Shown: piece by piece, positions 44,687-57,319 of the stretch
Layout of the letters: each line of letters opens with the position of its first letter
Numbering within the stretch: position 1 is the first letter of the stretch
NCBI GenBank assembly: GCA_043228905.1
Contig: JBHGNT010000002.1
Coordinates: 1,054,001-1,118,000 of the forward strand
Length of the DNA stretch: 64,000 nucleotides
Source of the DNA: Azolla caroliniana
Lineage: Eukaryota; Plantae; Polypodiophyta
Reading direction: 5' to 3'
Notes under the pieces: model-generated
Told to the model about the DNA's origin: nothing
Seen by the model: the letters and a program-made list of their open reading frames with translations, nothing else
The model's database searches: none
Made by a program: the position numbers and the translations under genes

Positions 44687-46800
44687 CTACAAACCTCTAC
44701 CATAAACTTGAATAGCTCTATCTACTAGGCCATTCAATTTTATATAATAGTGTACTATATTAGTTTATATTTTATGTTTTAATTCTCTCTTATCTTTTCT
44801 TGGCTCCTTTCCCCACGTGCTACATACTCTTTTTCTTACTTTTTTCTTCCTTGGCGCCTACGTCTCTCCTCTCTCTACCTTTTTGCTCAGTGTCTACACT
44901 TTACCCTTTTGCCCTCATTCATGTGCATTTCTCACACTTGGCACACCAAATCACGACATCGTATCCTCAAATGTCGCCTCAAACTCTTCCAAGAAAGCAA
45001 GAAAATTTTCTAGAAGTGGTGATGATGTTCAACCAAAGGTGCAAACCAACTTTGTGCAGCTCTTGAGAGAAGGGTCCGAACTAGGCCAACTTGGCGAAAA
45101 TCATCCACATAACTTTGGGGTTGTAGTCGGATAATAAGCTTGATCTTATTTATGAACCCTCGGAATCACGCCCTTATGCCATCCAACTTGTAAGGTAAAC
45201 TCCTAGAATATGGAATAAATAATCTATTAAGACATACATAATATGACCATGTACTGGATGTGTTGGTTAAAACATAACACTTTATTATAATAGAAGAGGT
45301 CGAAAGTTTGAATCTTAACATTACTGTTGTCATGTCTATGACAACCAGAGCCAAACGGAAGGTAGAGTTGAAGGGAATGATGAGGGCCTATAAAACCAAC
45401 ATTGACAAAAGGATCATCATCATCTTTCTCTAGATAGCATACTTATTGTTTTAGGGTTTAATTTCTTTCGTTTTCGAGAAATTTAGGATTCCTCGTTCAT
45501 GTTTAATTCTGAAAATTTACCACCGTTGTAATCAAATACTCTAAAATCTTGTGAAACCTATTTTACGAAGGGATTTTCTTTCATAATCCAATGTTCTCAG
45601 CCTATAAAGAAGACAATCTAGACTTAGTATTGTAGAACAACAATTTAAATTAAGGGCAAGAAGTCCTCCTGGGTTCAAGTCTTCTATAAACTACGAGAGG
45701 TCAAGTTGACATCAATGGGATGATTTGAGAGGAATGCAAATGGATGGACATGGTGATTAGTATTTTGCTCATGCCATGTGCTTGAAGAAAAGGAGTGCAT
45801 GCTAAAAAAAGCATACTATATTTTCTTCCATGTGGAGCTCCAGAGGCCTATAAAAAAGAGAGGAAGGCTCATTACAAGGGGAAATTTTGGGACCAAAGAC
45901 TTGCATGCAAAGCTCCATAGGCCTATAAAAGAGAGAGGAGAGCTCATGTTACAAGGAGGAAATTTGGGACCAAAGAGGAACTATTGTTGATTTTTTATGG
46001 GAGCTCAGGATTGTAAAAGAGGAGCGTTTGAGACTACCTACAACAAAAGGCAATGAAGGCGTCTTATTGGTCTCATCCTAAAGCTTTGTTGAATCTTGTT
46101 TAATACCTCTACCTTCTTTCTAATATCTTTTCAAGCCACTACATGCAATGAAGTTCAAAGTTATCCCATTTATATCTAAATAACCTTTTAAGCCTTTGAC
46201 GTATTATGCCCTTTTTCATATTCGTATAAAATTAACTTTGGTAATCTACTATCTAGTATTATTTGCTATCAAACATATATCACGTTGGAATTTTCAGCTC
46301 CAAAGTCCAAGCTTGGAACGAAAAATCATGCGAATTTGGAGATGACTCGCCAAATAATGGATCCTTGGTTTCTTCACCAAGAAAATCATCGCACCGTCAA
46401 AACAAGTTCATCACGAGAAAAAGAAGAAAACCCCCAAACTAAAAACGTGCGACCCAAATTAAGCCCTCTTCTCCTCTTTTTCTCTATAAAAAAAGGCGCC
46501 TAATTTCGGCATTAAATGCGTTCATTCCCACTCAACACCATTCCTAGCCTAATGAATAACTCTAACCAATAAGTTATTCACATTTGTTTACTATATATAT
46601 ATATATAGATATATATTGTGGTGTTCCTTTCATGCAAGTGCATGCCTTTTATCAAACCACCCTTTTAGCACACCCTTTTGGGCACGCATGTAGCTATAGG
46701 CCAACCCAAAATGGGTACCTTTGTATCTTCTATAAATTGAACGATAAGTAAGAAGCTAAGTAAGCTGGTTTGGATTACTCTTATGTGCATTTCACATAAT

Positions 46801-46818
46801 TGGTGGAGAAGCGGGGTA
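46801..46818 (+). promoter_or_regulatory. PBS-like sequence complementary to tRNA-Ala, relic of an old LTR element
   Basis: ...CACA-TAAT-TGGTGGAGAAGCGGGGTA, one mismatch to my recollection of the plant tRNA-Ala 3' complement TGGTGGAGATGCGGGGTA. Confidence 0.5.
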
Positions 46819-49653
46819 AAATTTTAACCACTACCACCTCGTTCGCCCAAATAACCCTCACTTTCCAATACAACCAAACACCATATCTAAATATTTACAT
46901 TCACACACAACATTAACCAGTATACATACACCTTCTTATATACATAAAGTATTATACACATAGATACCTATACGTTAACTTAAACATACATATATTTACA
47001 CATCTAAACACATATTAAAACAACAAATACAAAGTGCACACACATAAATCTAAGCATATACATTTTACACCTATAAACGGTTCTAAAGAAATATTTAAAT
47101 AAACACTTATGCTTATAAATATATGTTCACACACACACACACACACACTAGCAATTATTTGTACATTTACATTTCATATACACGTTTGCATTCTTGCATA
47201 CAAGCATATGTATACACACATGATTAGTTATATTCAAGCATAGACATAGAGGTAATTAAATTTATTCATATACGCACACACACAAACACGGAAATTTACA
47301 ATCCCACAATAATTCCGGGGAAGTAAACTAAACTCCTTCAATTTTTTATTTCCTCGAGCACTTCGACATTGATGACTTAGCTAATCCTAGCATCTTTGGT
47401 TCAAGTCTCAATGATCCTGCTCACATGTCACATGTATGAGCCTTTCTTCACGTCAATGCCAAGGAATACTCTACCCCATATATTGTGAATAGATCATTGA
47501 CACCATTCCCTCTGGAAGTTGAATATTGTCATTTGCCATCTTCAAATAATTGTTGGAGCCATCATTGACTCTTCATAGGATCTTCATATCCAAGTCATTG
47601 TTCTCCTTTGACTTTTGTTACATTATTCCAAGGGGGTTAGATCTAGTGTGACCAACTCTTTTAGCATAAGTTTTACTATCTTAGACAGAAGTATTTGTAG
47701 CTTTTTTTCGTACACTAATACACCTAGCCATCACACAAAGTTCTTGTAATGTTGGTTATACCCTCATTGTGTGAAGTTGTTGGGAGTAATGGAATAATGA
47801 CGACATGTTTTGGATACCTTTCATTACATAATTGAAGTTTTGCACTAGGTAATTCTCTTAGCTTGTATCAAGATCCACGTTTTGTATGTCCATAGTGTGT
47901 AGGTATTTAACCCAAGGGATGCCCACTCCTTGAACTTAATTGACCTTATATTAGTAAACACTTGTGTGTGCTTCATTTCTTCTTTAGGGTTTGGATAGGC
48001 TACATGTGAGTTTGTAACATTTGGTGTTGATGCATCTTCTTAAACCTCTCCTTGAGAGCCTATTTGTTAGAGTTGAACTAATTAATTAAGCAAAACATAA
48101 GGAATTATAGACCAAAGAAAGGAAAGAGGGATGCCAAATCACTCGACCACCCCCTTAACGGCATGAGATGGGTCCCATAGCCAACTCAAGGTTAATGTGA
48201 GTCGTACCTTGGGTCCTACAGGGGGAGTGCACATGCTTAGCTAACAAGAGCCATAACTATCATAGTCTCATCATAAGTCAAGCCTCCCTATAAGAAGGTT
48301 GCTAACCTTCTTATAAAGGCAAAAACCCTAGGCCCCTAGTGTGTACACATTGGCTACTTTATGTAAAGGGGACAAGTGATAACACACATTATATTTGTTC
48401 CACACCGTAGAATGGAATATTACAATTCATACCCTCATTCCTTTCAAAATTAACCCACACGCACTCATCATAAGATTAGGGAAAACTACGGAAAACCTAT
48501 CTCATGATCATTGATGGTTATGCACGTAATAGTATCCCTTCGAAGATGGACTTAACCATTCAAGTGTGAGTCAGATTTGAGTTTGTTTTTATTTTAATAT
48601 TGTTATTGTATTTTGTTCTTGTTTGTCTAGATTATTGTCCAACCATTGCACCATGCCCTAGCCATGATGCATACCCCAACCATCACAATAACTTTCCATT
48701 TCTAAGTGGGGGATTCTCATACTATGAGTTCCTTACCACAATATTTAGAAGTAATTTCTCGAGACATCGACATCCACCATTCTTAAGCTCTATAGTCACT
48801 TTGGCTAGTATGCTTTTGAAGGATTCTATCATTCAAGTGATCATCAAAGAGTTCCAAATTTTTGTTAGACCCAAGGAATCTGACTTGATTTAGCAATCCC
48901 ATACTTAAAAGTTAGGTAGTTGAAAGGATGAATTGAAATATCATTGATCTAGTAATCTCAATGCTAAAACATGCCAATCTAAAGAGAGAGTTAGTGAAAG
49001 TTGTGTTGACTATTTTCCATATCATCAATCTCTCTCTAAGAACCCCAATGGATTAAAGCCTATAGGATAAGAGCTAAATAATGTAAAGGTTATGCACTTG
49101 TTGACATTTGTCTATGAGACATATTATGTCCATCTACCCTAGGATCTATGACGTAAGTTGAATTTGAAATTGAGAACATGCATTTTTCTCATACATGCTC
49201 TCAATGTTAAGCTTGGGTATCAAAAGTGACATTGACATTCGTAGACAATGATGTGGGGCATAAGGACAAGATGCTTCAGAGGCATCTAGTCTTGTACAAT
49301 GACTAGAAGATGCCTTAGAGGCAAATGTAAGAAGCTTCCCATTTACAATTTGACGGGCAACATATAAAAACCTTCTATTGTAGGTGAGATATTATACCGT
49401 GGAATGCAACGAATAAATATGTGATTGTGGAAGAGAATTTGGATACATATATCAGCCTAGGGAAAAATCAATTTTTTAGACAACCAAATACACAAGTCAA
49501 ACATCAACCCCAAAAGAACTTGAAGATCTTGATGTCACTACAAAACAAGACTATTGTGCACACAATCTCCCACCTTTAGTCATGTAAGATTAAATCATGC
49601 AAAACATGACTATTTTGCACACAATGTCCTTATTGCATCATTTGCCAAGACGT

Positions 49654-52600
49654 TGTCGTGAAGAAAACCATCCCTAGGCAGAAACCGAGTTCAGCATGTG
49701 TAAATCGGCCCTTACATGCGAGCACACTTTTCGTTGTATGGTAAGTAGGTAGGTACAAATCGGAGGAGGTGAAATCCTAGGTAGCGCGCATTTAATAGGC
49801 AGAGAATCAAGTTGTATCTCTGTCCGAAAGGACAGAGAATTAATATGATGTAACGGGTGATAACGGGCTCCCTCCTTGGGCTATAAAAGAGAGGGAGAGG
49901 AATGAGAGGGGGGATCACGTTTTAGAGAGGATGAGGTGTTGCCGGACTGGGACCGAGCCCTTCTCCTCTGCCGCTCTCCATAGCCATTTTTGCGCAGGTT
50001 TTCGGGAGGTTGACTCTGCTCCGTGGAATGCTTGTGTGCTTCCGGCAGAGTCTCCATCTCGCTCCTCCGTGTGTGTGAGTGAATAGGCGTCGGTGTTTGC
50101 CTTGCCGGCCTATTAGTTGTAACTGTCTCAATATATATATATATTTATTTATTTATTTATTTATTTATTTATATATATATTTATATTTATATACATACGT
50201 GTTCATATACTTAGACTTCGAGTCGTCCCGTTTCGCTGTGTTGTTGAACCGATTCCTATGTGCTCCCGTGTCTGTGCGTGTGCAAGTGCGTCCGTTGCCT
50301 TTCCACTCTCCTCCTTCTCAGTTATTTCTCGGTCCAAGACCCCGGTGGTCCCGCCTCGTTCCCCACGCACACGCATAACAACGCGACATCTTTGGTGAAC
50401 CCGACGTGAACAGGCAGCAGAGGAATAGAAAGATGAGGGGGTCGGATCTCACGGAAGCCATGGCTTCGGCTGTGGATAGGATATTGAGTGCGCACGAAGG
50501 TGCATGCGCCCTCGATAGGGCTATTGAAGCGGTCGTCAGCACGATAGGCCGGTTCGGTGGGAAGGACGCCACGAGCTATTTGGAGGCCTACCGGGCCGAG
50601 ATGGTAATGAGAGACATTCCGGAAGAAAGGCGACTAACCGGATTCCCTCGGGTGGCGATGCCGGGCATCCATGCGGAGGTGCTCGAGGTACGGGCTGAGA
50701 GCTGGACCTGGGAAGAGTTTGAAGGTCGGCTCCTCGAAAAATACAGGCTTGATGACGTGCTCCGACTCTCGAAACAGGACTTCATGGAATGGGTAGAGAC
50801 CCCCGAAAAGGGGAGGAACGCATCGGTGCTCCTCCGGGAGTTTGAAGAACGCTTCGCGCGACTCTCGGTGCTCGACCAGACCGTACTAGACACAAGTCGC
50901 ATCCTGTTGTTCGTTAAGTCGGTGGATGCGAGGGACCGGGAGCAAGTGGGTCTCCTGCTGGAGACTGATGACGAGCTGACGGCCGACTGGGCCGTGGTGA
51001 AGAGGGTCTGTGGTCATTTCGACAAACGGCGAGAGTGGGTCGATAAAGGAGTTCAAGAAGTTGAAGGGGAAGTACTAGTGGCCCAGACTGTACCGGGACG
51101 TGCACCGGTTCGTGGACGACTTGCGAAAGCGGCCAGATGCACTCCATAGTCCGACACCGAGACGAGCTTCACCCGACCTACCCTCCAACCATCCACTTCA
51201 AATGGATGGTGGATTTGGTGACGATGTCGGTGGGGGTAGGACAGATGCGTTACTTGGTGCTTGCGCGGGAAGACTTAACGAACTAGGTGGAAGGCCGCGC
51301 ACTGCAGAACAAGACAACCGCGGTGGTATGCCGGTTCCTGATCGAAGAGGTAGTGTGTCGGTACGGGTGCGTCAGGAGGATCGTGGCGGACCGGGGAGAG
51401 TTGGATGCGCGGGAAGCTGAGGAGTCGTTCGACCGGCTAGGGGTCAAACTCTCCCTCACTACGGCGTACAATCCAGAGGCGAACAGGAAAGTAGAGCGTG
51501 GGCATGGGCCGATCGTAAAGGCGTTGGTGCGTGCATGCGGAGGGCAGGTCAAGAATTGGCCGCGGCTCCTTCCTTACGCACTATGGGCGGACCGAACTAC
51601 GCACAGTTCGATAACCGGGTTCATGCCGACAGAGCTTATGTACGAATAGAGGCCGATCATGCCAACGGAGTGAACCATCTCCTCATGGGCCACGGTGGAC
51701 TGGAGAGATGAGATGAGCCGGGAGGAGCTACTAGCGGCACAGATTCGACAGCTCGAGCGAAGGTCGGAGGACGTGGAACGAGCCGCGGAGAAGCTTCGGT
51801 TGGCAAGGTTGAAAAACAAAGGGCGGTTTGATCGGACTCACCGACTGCGACCGAAGAAAATCGAGGAAGGTGACTGGGTCCTAGTGTATGACAGCAGCCT
51901 CGACAACCTATTAGGTAAACAGATCCCTCCGGATCGGAAGTGAGAAGAACAGTACTGATGAGCAAACTCGGACGAGGCTGGAACCGGATGTGGAGTACCC
52001 GGCAACGGAAGACCCGGTGAGAACCGGATGACGTGTGCCCGACAAGTGCCGGATGATGCAGGCCCGGTGAGGAGTGCTCACCGGATGAAGGGACATATTC
52101 GTAAATATGTTTCTGAGAGTCCATCGGGGCTATATTTGTAAATAGCCGAAAAGTCATATTAGTATAAATATGACTTAGGGCAAACTTAGTAAAGTGTGTG
52201 TAGTTGTCATTCTTGTTGGTGCAAGATTAGAGCGTGTAACAGTGTACAGAGAGAGTGAGAGAGAGGAAGAGGTCGTTGCCTCTGTTGTAACCGCCGCCTG
52301 TGGCAAAGATAGCAAGCTCGAGGTCGTGGCCTCGGTGCTTTCCTATTGTACATTCTGATATAGTGATAGTTTGTGGTTTGTGAGCTGCCGTGGTTTTTCC
52401 CGAGTTTGGGTTTTCCACGTAAACATCCTGTGTACTCTTCTCTCCATTGTGTTGTGCTTTCATTCCCCGTTTTCTGTGTTTTATTCTAGGCTCGGTTGTG
52501 GCCGAGCGTTGTTCATCGGAGCGTGTAGTTCCTGTCACAACCAGCACAAGGCAACGCGGAAGTTTGCAAGGAGGTGGTTCGGGCCTTACGTGGTGACAGG

Positions 52601-53577
52601 CGCCAACGACAACGGGACCTACCATCTTGCGGAGCTCGACGGTACGAGGATGGCAATACCGGTAGCGGGGAAGAGGGTCAAAGCGTTTAAGAAACGACAC
52701 GACTGCGAGCCGGATCTGGAAAGCATGAACGGCGACGACGGGTGGTCCGAGGTGGACGACAAACCGGAAGACGAGGAGTAAAGCATGGGCCGGTTTTCTC
52801 CAGCAAGAGCCCAATTTTGGCGCATACCGGTGGATGCGCGGTTAGGTGGGGACGGATGTCGCGAAGAAAACCGTCCCTAGGCGGAAACCGAGTTCAGCAT
52901 GTGTAAATCGGCCCTTACACGCGAGCACACTTTTCGTTGTATGGTACGTAGGTAGGTACAAGTCGGATGAGATGAAATCCTAGGTAGCGCGCATTTAATA
53001 GGGAGAGAATCGAGTTGTATCTTTGTCCGAAAGGACAGAGAATTAATATGATGTAACAAGTGATAACGGGCTCCCTCCTTGGGCTATAAAAGAGAGGGAG
53101 AGGAATGAGAGGGGGGATCGCGTTTTAGAGAGGACGAGGTGTTGCCGGATTGGGACCGAGCCCTTCTCCTCTGCCGCTCTCCATAGCCATTTTTGCGCAG
53201 GTTTTTGGGAGGCTGACTCTGCTCCGTGGAACACCCGTGTGCTTCCGGCAGAGTCTCCATCTCACTCCTCCGTGTGTGTGAGTGAACAGGCGTCGGTGTT
53301 CGCCTTGCCGGCCTATTAGTTGTAACCGTCTCGATATATTTATTTATTTATTTATTTATATATATATATATATATTTATATACATACGTGTTCATATACT
53401 CGGACTTCGAGTCATCCCGTTTCGCTGTGTTGTTGGACCGATTCCTGTGTGCTCCCGTGTCTGTGCGTGTGCAAGTGCATCCATTGCCTTTCCGCTCTCC
53501 TCCTTCTCAGCTATTTCCCGGTCCAAGACCCCGGTGGTCCTGCCTCGTTCCCCACGCACGCGCGTAACAACGTGACA
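49654..53577 (+). mobile_element. Internally deleted (non-autonomous) gypsy of the tRNA-Trp family
   Basis: LTRs 49654-50388 and 52857-53577; 4-bp TSD ACGT; gag N-terminus joined to integrase at ~51050 (PR, RT and RH lost). Confidence 0.93.
51909..52537 (+). repeat. Solo LTR of a copia-1/2-related family inserted in integrase
   Basis: TSD CAACC at 51904-51908 and 52538-52542; TA(for TG)...CA ends; shares TATA and R region with the copia-1 LTR. Confidence 0.9.
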
Positions 53578-53669
53578 ACGTCCCCTTAGACTAGTCACCA
53601 TGAGATGATTATTACCCACCTACCAAGCATTCTTTAATCATCACCCTGTTTACTCTCGATCCCTTACCT

Positions 53670-53672
<3 letters not shown>

Positions 53673-53718
<46 letters not shown>
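53673..53718. repeat. (CT)n microsatellite
   Basis: Direct observation. Confidence 0.95.
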
Positions 53719-53719
<1 letters not shown>

Positions 53720-54713
53720 GTAAGGGTGCCATTATCCATATACAAGACATGTGATCTGATCCCCATGAATTAGGTCAATGTGTGATCTTACACGAAACTA
53801 TAAAAAGAGGGGTTGGTGTTGGTTCAAGACACATCCTCCTCTTCTAACAAAATCCACTTCTCACTATTGTATATTGGAAGCTTTGAATCAACAACCTCAC
53901 ATATGAACATTTCAAACACAACTAATAAACTTCACTCAAGATCAAACAATAATTATAGATAGACAAGGAAATGATTGTCATAATACAAACTCTCTCCTCT
54001 CCTTCCTTTCCTAGATATCGGTATCCTCTTTCCAAAGTTCTCCACTATGTGTTTCCTTCCTTTTATGATGGCACACACCCATCCTTTGGTTCTTAGTATC
54101 TCATGAATTCATCGCTCCCCTCCTTGAAAAAACTCCTTAAGTACCTCTTACTAAAAGAGTTTCAAAAATACTAGAAAAAATAGATTATAACTATTTAACT
54201 AATCCTTGCGAATATCTCGAAAGTCATAACCGAAAACAAGAAAATATTGCGAAGAGCACGATTTAAGTCTTTCTAGCGTATATTCTACTATGACTGACAT
54301 CGGGAATGTATGAGTTCACATAGGGACGTGTATATTCCTATGTGTTTTATTACTAGCCCAACAGGGACCTTCCCGAATCCCACCACTTAACACCTCTATG
54401 ATTTGCTCCGAGGTGTTTCGCGACCCTCAACAACTTCCACCATCAAAGCGACCCATGTTAATATAAATTTCAAAACATGTAAAAAATTTCAAGGTAAATT
54501 TCGACATCCACTACTTGTTTTGGAGCACAATATTAGATCCTTGGTATTGAATAATAATTGTGTTGACAATACATTTTTTATCATAGTAAAAGTCAATCGC
54601 TAAAAATGAAGCATAATTTTTGTGTCTTGTGATCTCATGGGAAAGAAAGTAATGGGGTAGATGAAACCTCATAAAAGAATGCAAACACACCGAATACGCA
54701 ATATAGCTATCTA

Positions 54714-55057
54714 CTAGTAGGGAGCAATGCGATGACAACACAACCAACTTTCGAAACTATGTTGCAAGTTGGGCCAATCAAAGGGGGATCTAGTATAGAG
54801 TTGGAGCCAACATGAAAGCACAATCTCTTGTTCATGGAAAGGGAGTGAGGCTATTGTGTGCTCAAGCACCAATAAAATCTCGGATTTCTCATTTACACTA
54901 AAACTTGGGATGTCATGTGCGCTCCTTGCATTGCAAAATAAAGGAAGCCACATCAGTAGCAACTTGGCCTTCAAGCTCATTGTGTTGTTCTCATCAATAA
55001 CAACTGACCTCGCATGATCCTCCATAGTCCCATGGTTTAGCTCCTTGAATAATAGAC
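54714..55057 (-). CDS. Exon 2 of conserved uncharacterised plant gene (At5g64230/At3g19920-like)
   Basis: TTTTGTAG| acceptor at 55058; in phase with exon 1; WLPLFC...QEIVLSCWL...DWPNL motif. Confidence 0.85.
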
Positions 55058-55827
55058 CTACAAAATCATGTTTTTATGGACTACATAAGAAAAAGTGTTG
55101 AAACATGGTATAATGTTCGATAGTATGGTACCTATTGTCGATTTTTGTTGAGATAAAAAGATAAAAATCCTAAGCAATATATGATCATACATCCTAGTAA
55201 CAATATCATTCTCTTGTGTTGATGTTATACACCATTTGCCGTGTTGAATAAGACGACAAGCTTACACAACATTTCCTTCATTGTGCTAACTCTAGCCACG
55301 AATTATGTGTTATGCTAATCTAAGGAAGGCTACAACGATGTTGTCTCCTGTTTGAACAGTTTATTTAGTACCAAATAAATGTCAATTAAAAAACCATCAC
55401 GACACTAATAGCGTTGATTCTACTACTAGTGTGGCACAATGACAACATTTCTCAAATATATACATACACTAATCTTAATCAATGATGCCTTAATATAATT
55501 TCCTTGGTTGTATTAGAAGCTATCTTTACATGTGTGTCATAGTAACAACATTTCTCAACTATATGCGTATACACTAATTTTACTCTAAGGTGTCTTAATA
55601 TAATTCTTGATCGAATTAGAAGGTCCTATCACAAAACATATTCGGGAATCGGTACATAGAATGGAACCATGCAACATTTACGCTCCGATAAATCTAGCTA
55701 CAAAGCAAAGACATGATCGATAGGTCCTCATGAGGAATGCATATGTAGAAGATCATTAACGGAAAATAGTATTATTAGGATTGAAAACCTTAAAAAAAGG
55801 GAAAGTGTGTGAATCATCATATCTTAC

Positions 55828-56099
55828 CACAAACACGGATCAACGAGGCTTGGACACGTGGCAAAGGAGCACGAAGACACATGGACGGCAATCGACGGCC
55901 CACGAGGCTCCACGTCACCAGGGCTTCGTGCATCATCACGGTTCGGGCGCTCCCCGAGGCAGCGCAATCCCGGAGCATCTGAGCCAGCCACAGCACCTCA
56001 TGGGCAGCCTTCTCCGTCATCATCTCCGCCACCTCGACCGCCTGGCGCCGGCGCTCTCTCCGATAGCTCGTCTCGTACTCTTCCTTGAATTGTTTGCTT

Positions 56100-56137
<38 letters not shown>

Positions 56138-57319
56138 TGATGGGTCCAGCTTGGCCGGAACCACCTCTACACCGGCCACCTCCTTTAGGCATTGCAACAC
56201 GACCAAGTTGGCTTCTTCGAGGACCCGGCGGAGCAACACCGCGGCCGACACCATTCCACCCTGCATCTCATGGTCTAGCTCTCCATCACCACCGCCACTC
56301 ATCGACAAAAGCTTCGTGGCCTTTCTCGTCACGAGCTTCCATGGCCGCCTTATGATCCTCTCGATGGCCGCCCAAACCGGAGGAGGTGAGATTGTCCATA
56401 ACCACCACAAAACCAAACCCAAACCAGTGCCACCATCCACACCTGTTCCGGCCACACTCAAATCCAGCTCTTCCTCCACCCTCTCCATCCTCTCCATCAA
56501 CAACCGGCAGCTCCGCTCGAATGCGGCCAACAAGGCCATCTCCACATAGCCCCGCGAGCGCGCCCAAGAATTCGGGCCCGGGCCAACGTTGGTGTTGGTG
56601 TTGGTGTTGAGCTCCGCACTCTCCCCGGCACAAGCACTACAAGCAGCCAAGGCACAAGAAGCCGAAGAAGCCGAACCGGATAAGGCCCCGTGGATGATCG
56701 AATCGGCAAGCTTCCGCGCGAATTCATACTTGGGTGAAGCGACCGCCATCTCGCTCATGAGGCGGAGGATCTCAAAGAGCGCGCGGCCGGGGGCCGCTTC
56801 CGTGGACCGGAGATTGGCCGCTCCGAGATGCTCTAGAAACCTAGCCTTCACCTGGAGACCACCACCACAAGAAGGATCATTATTGTTGCCGGCACCGGAG
56901 ATCCACCAATGGTGAGACGTGGGGGCATGAGGGGTGTTGCTGCTCCGGCGCTTGCTACCATTATTAGCATGGTGGAGGTGGAAGTGGCCATAATGGTTCT
57001 TATAAGCTGGTGGGGTGAAGAGGTGGAGGAAGAGGGAGGGTACCGTCCATAGCCAGAGGTATAGGGCAAGCATGAGGAGGTATTGGAAGAGATCTGCCAA
57101 TCTCCTCCATCTCTCCCAAGTGCTGGCCGCCGGAGACATCACCACATTCATCACCATCGACGGCAACACCGAGAGTCGGCGAGCAATCGTGTTTGCTGAT
57201 CCGGCACCGACATGGCCATGGCCATGGCCTGCATCATCTGTGTAGTAATTAGGGTTATGGCAAGGACTTGTGGATGGCTTGGTGCTGCTGGTGCCCATCA
57301 CCATAGCATTAGAAGCCAT
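55828..57319 (-). CDS. Exon 1 of the At5g64230/At3g19920-like gene (611 aa when spliced)
   Basis: GRAL..IL..M.....S.KYE..R.LAD, EKAAHEVLWLAQ and PRVQASLIRV motifs; G|GTAAGA donor at 55827; 770-bp intron. Confidence 0.82.

Noticed and set aside
47300-49650. Old gag-like remnants, possible decayed zinc knuckle near 49240-49290
   Set aside because: Too degenerate to give boundaries or a product without a profile search
51950-51985. Hammerhead ribozyme (CTGATGAG) in the solo LTR, retrozyme idea
   Set aside because: No GAAA core after stem II and no stem I/III pairing
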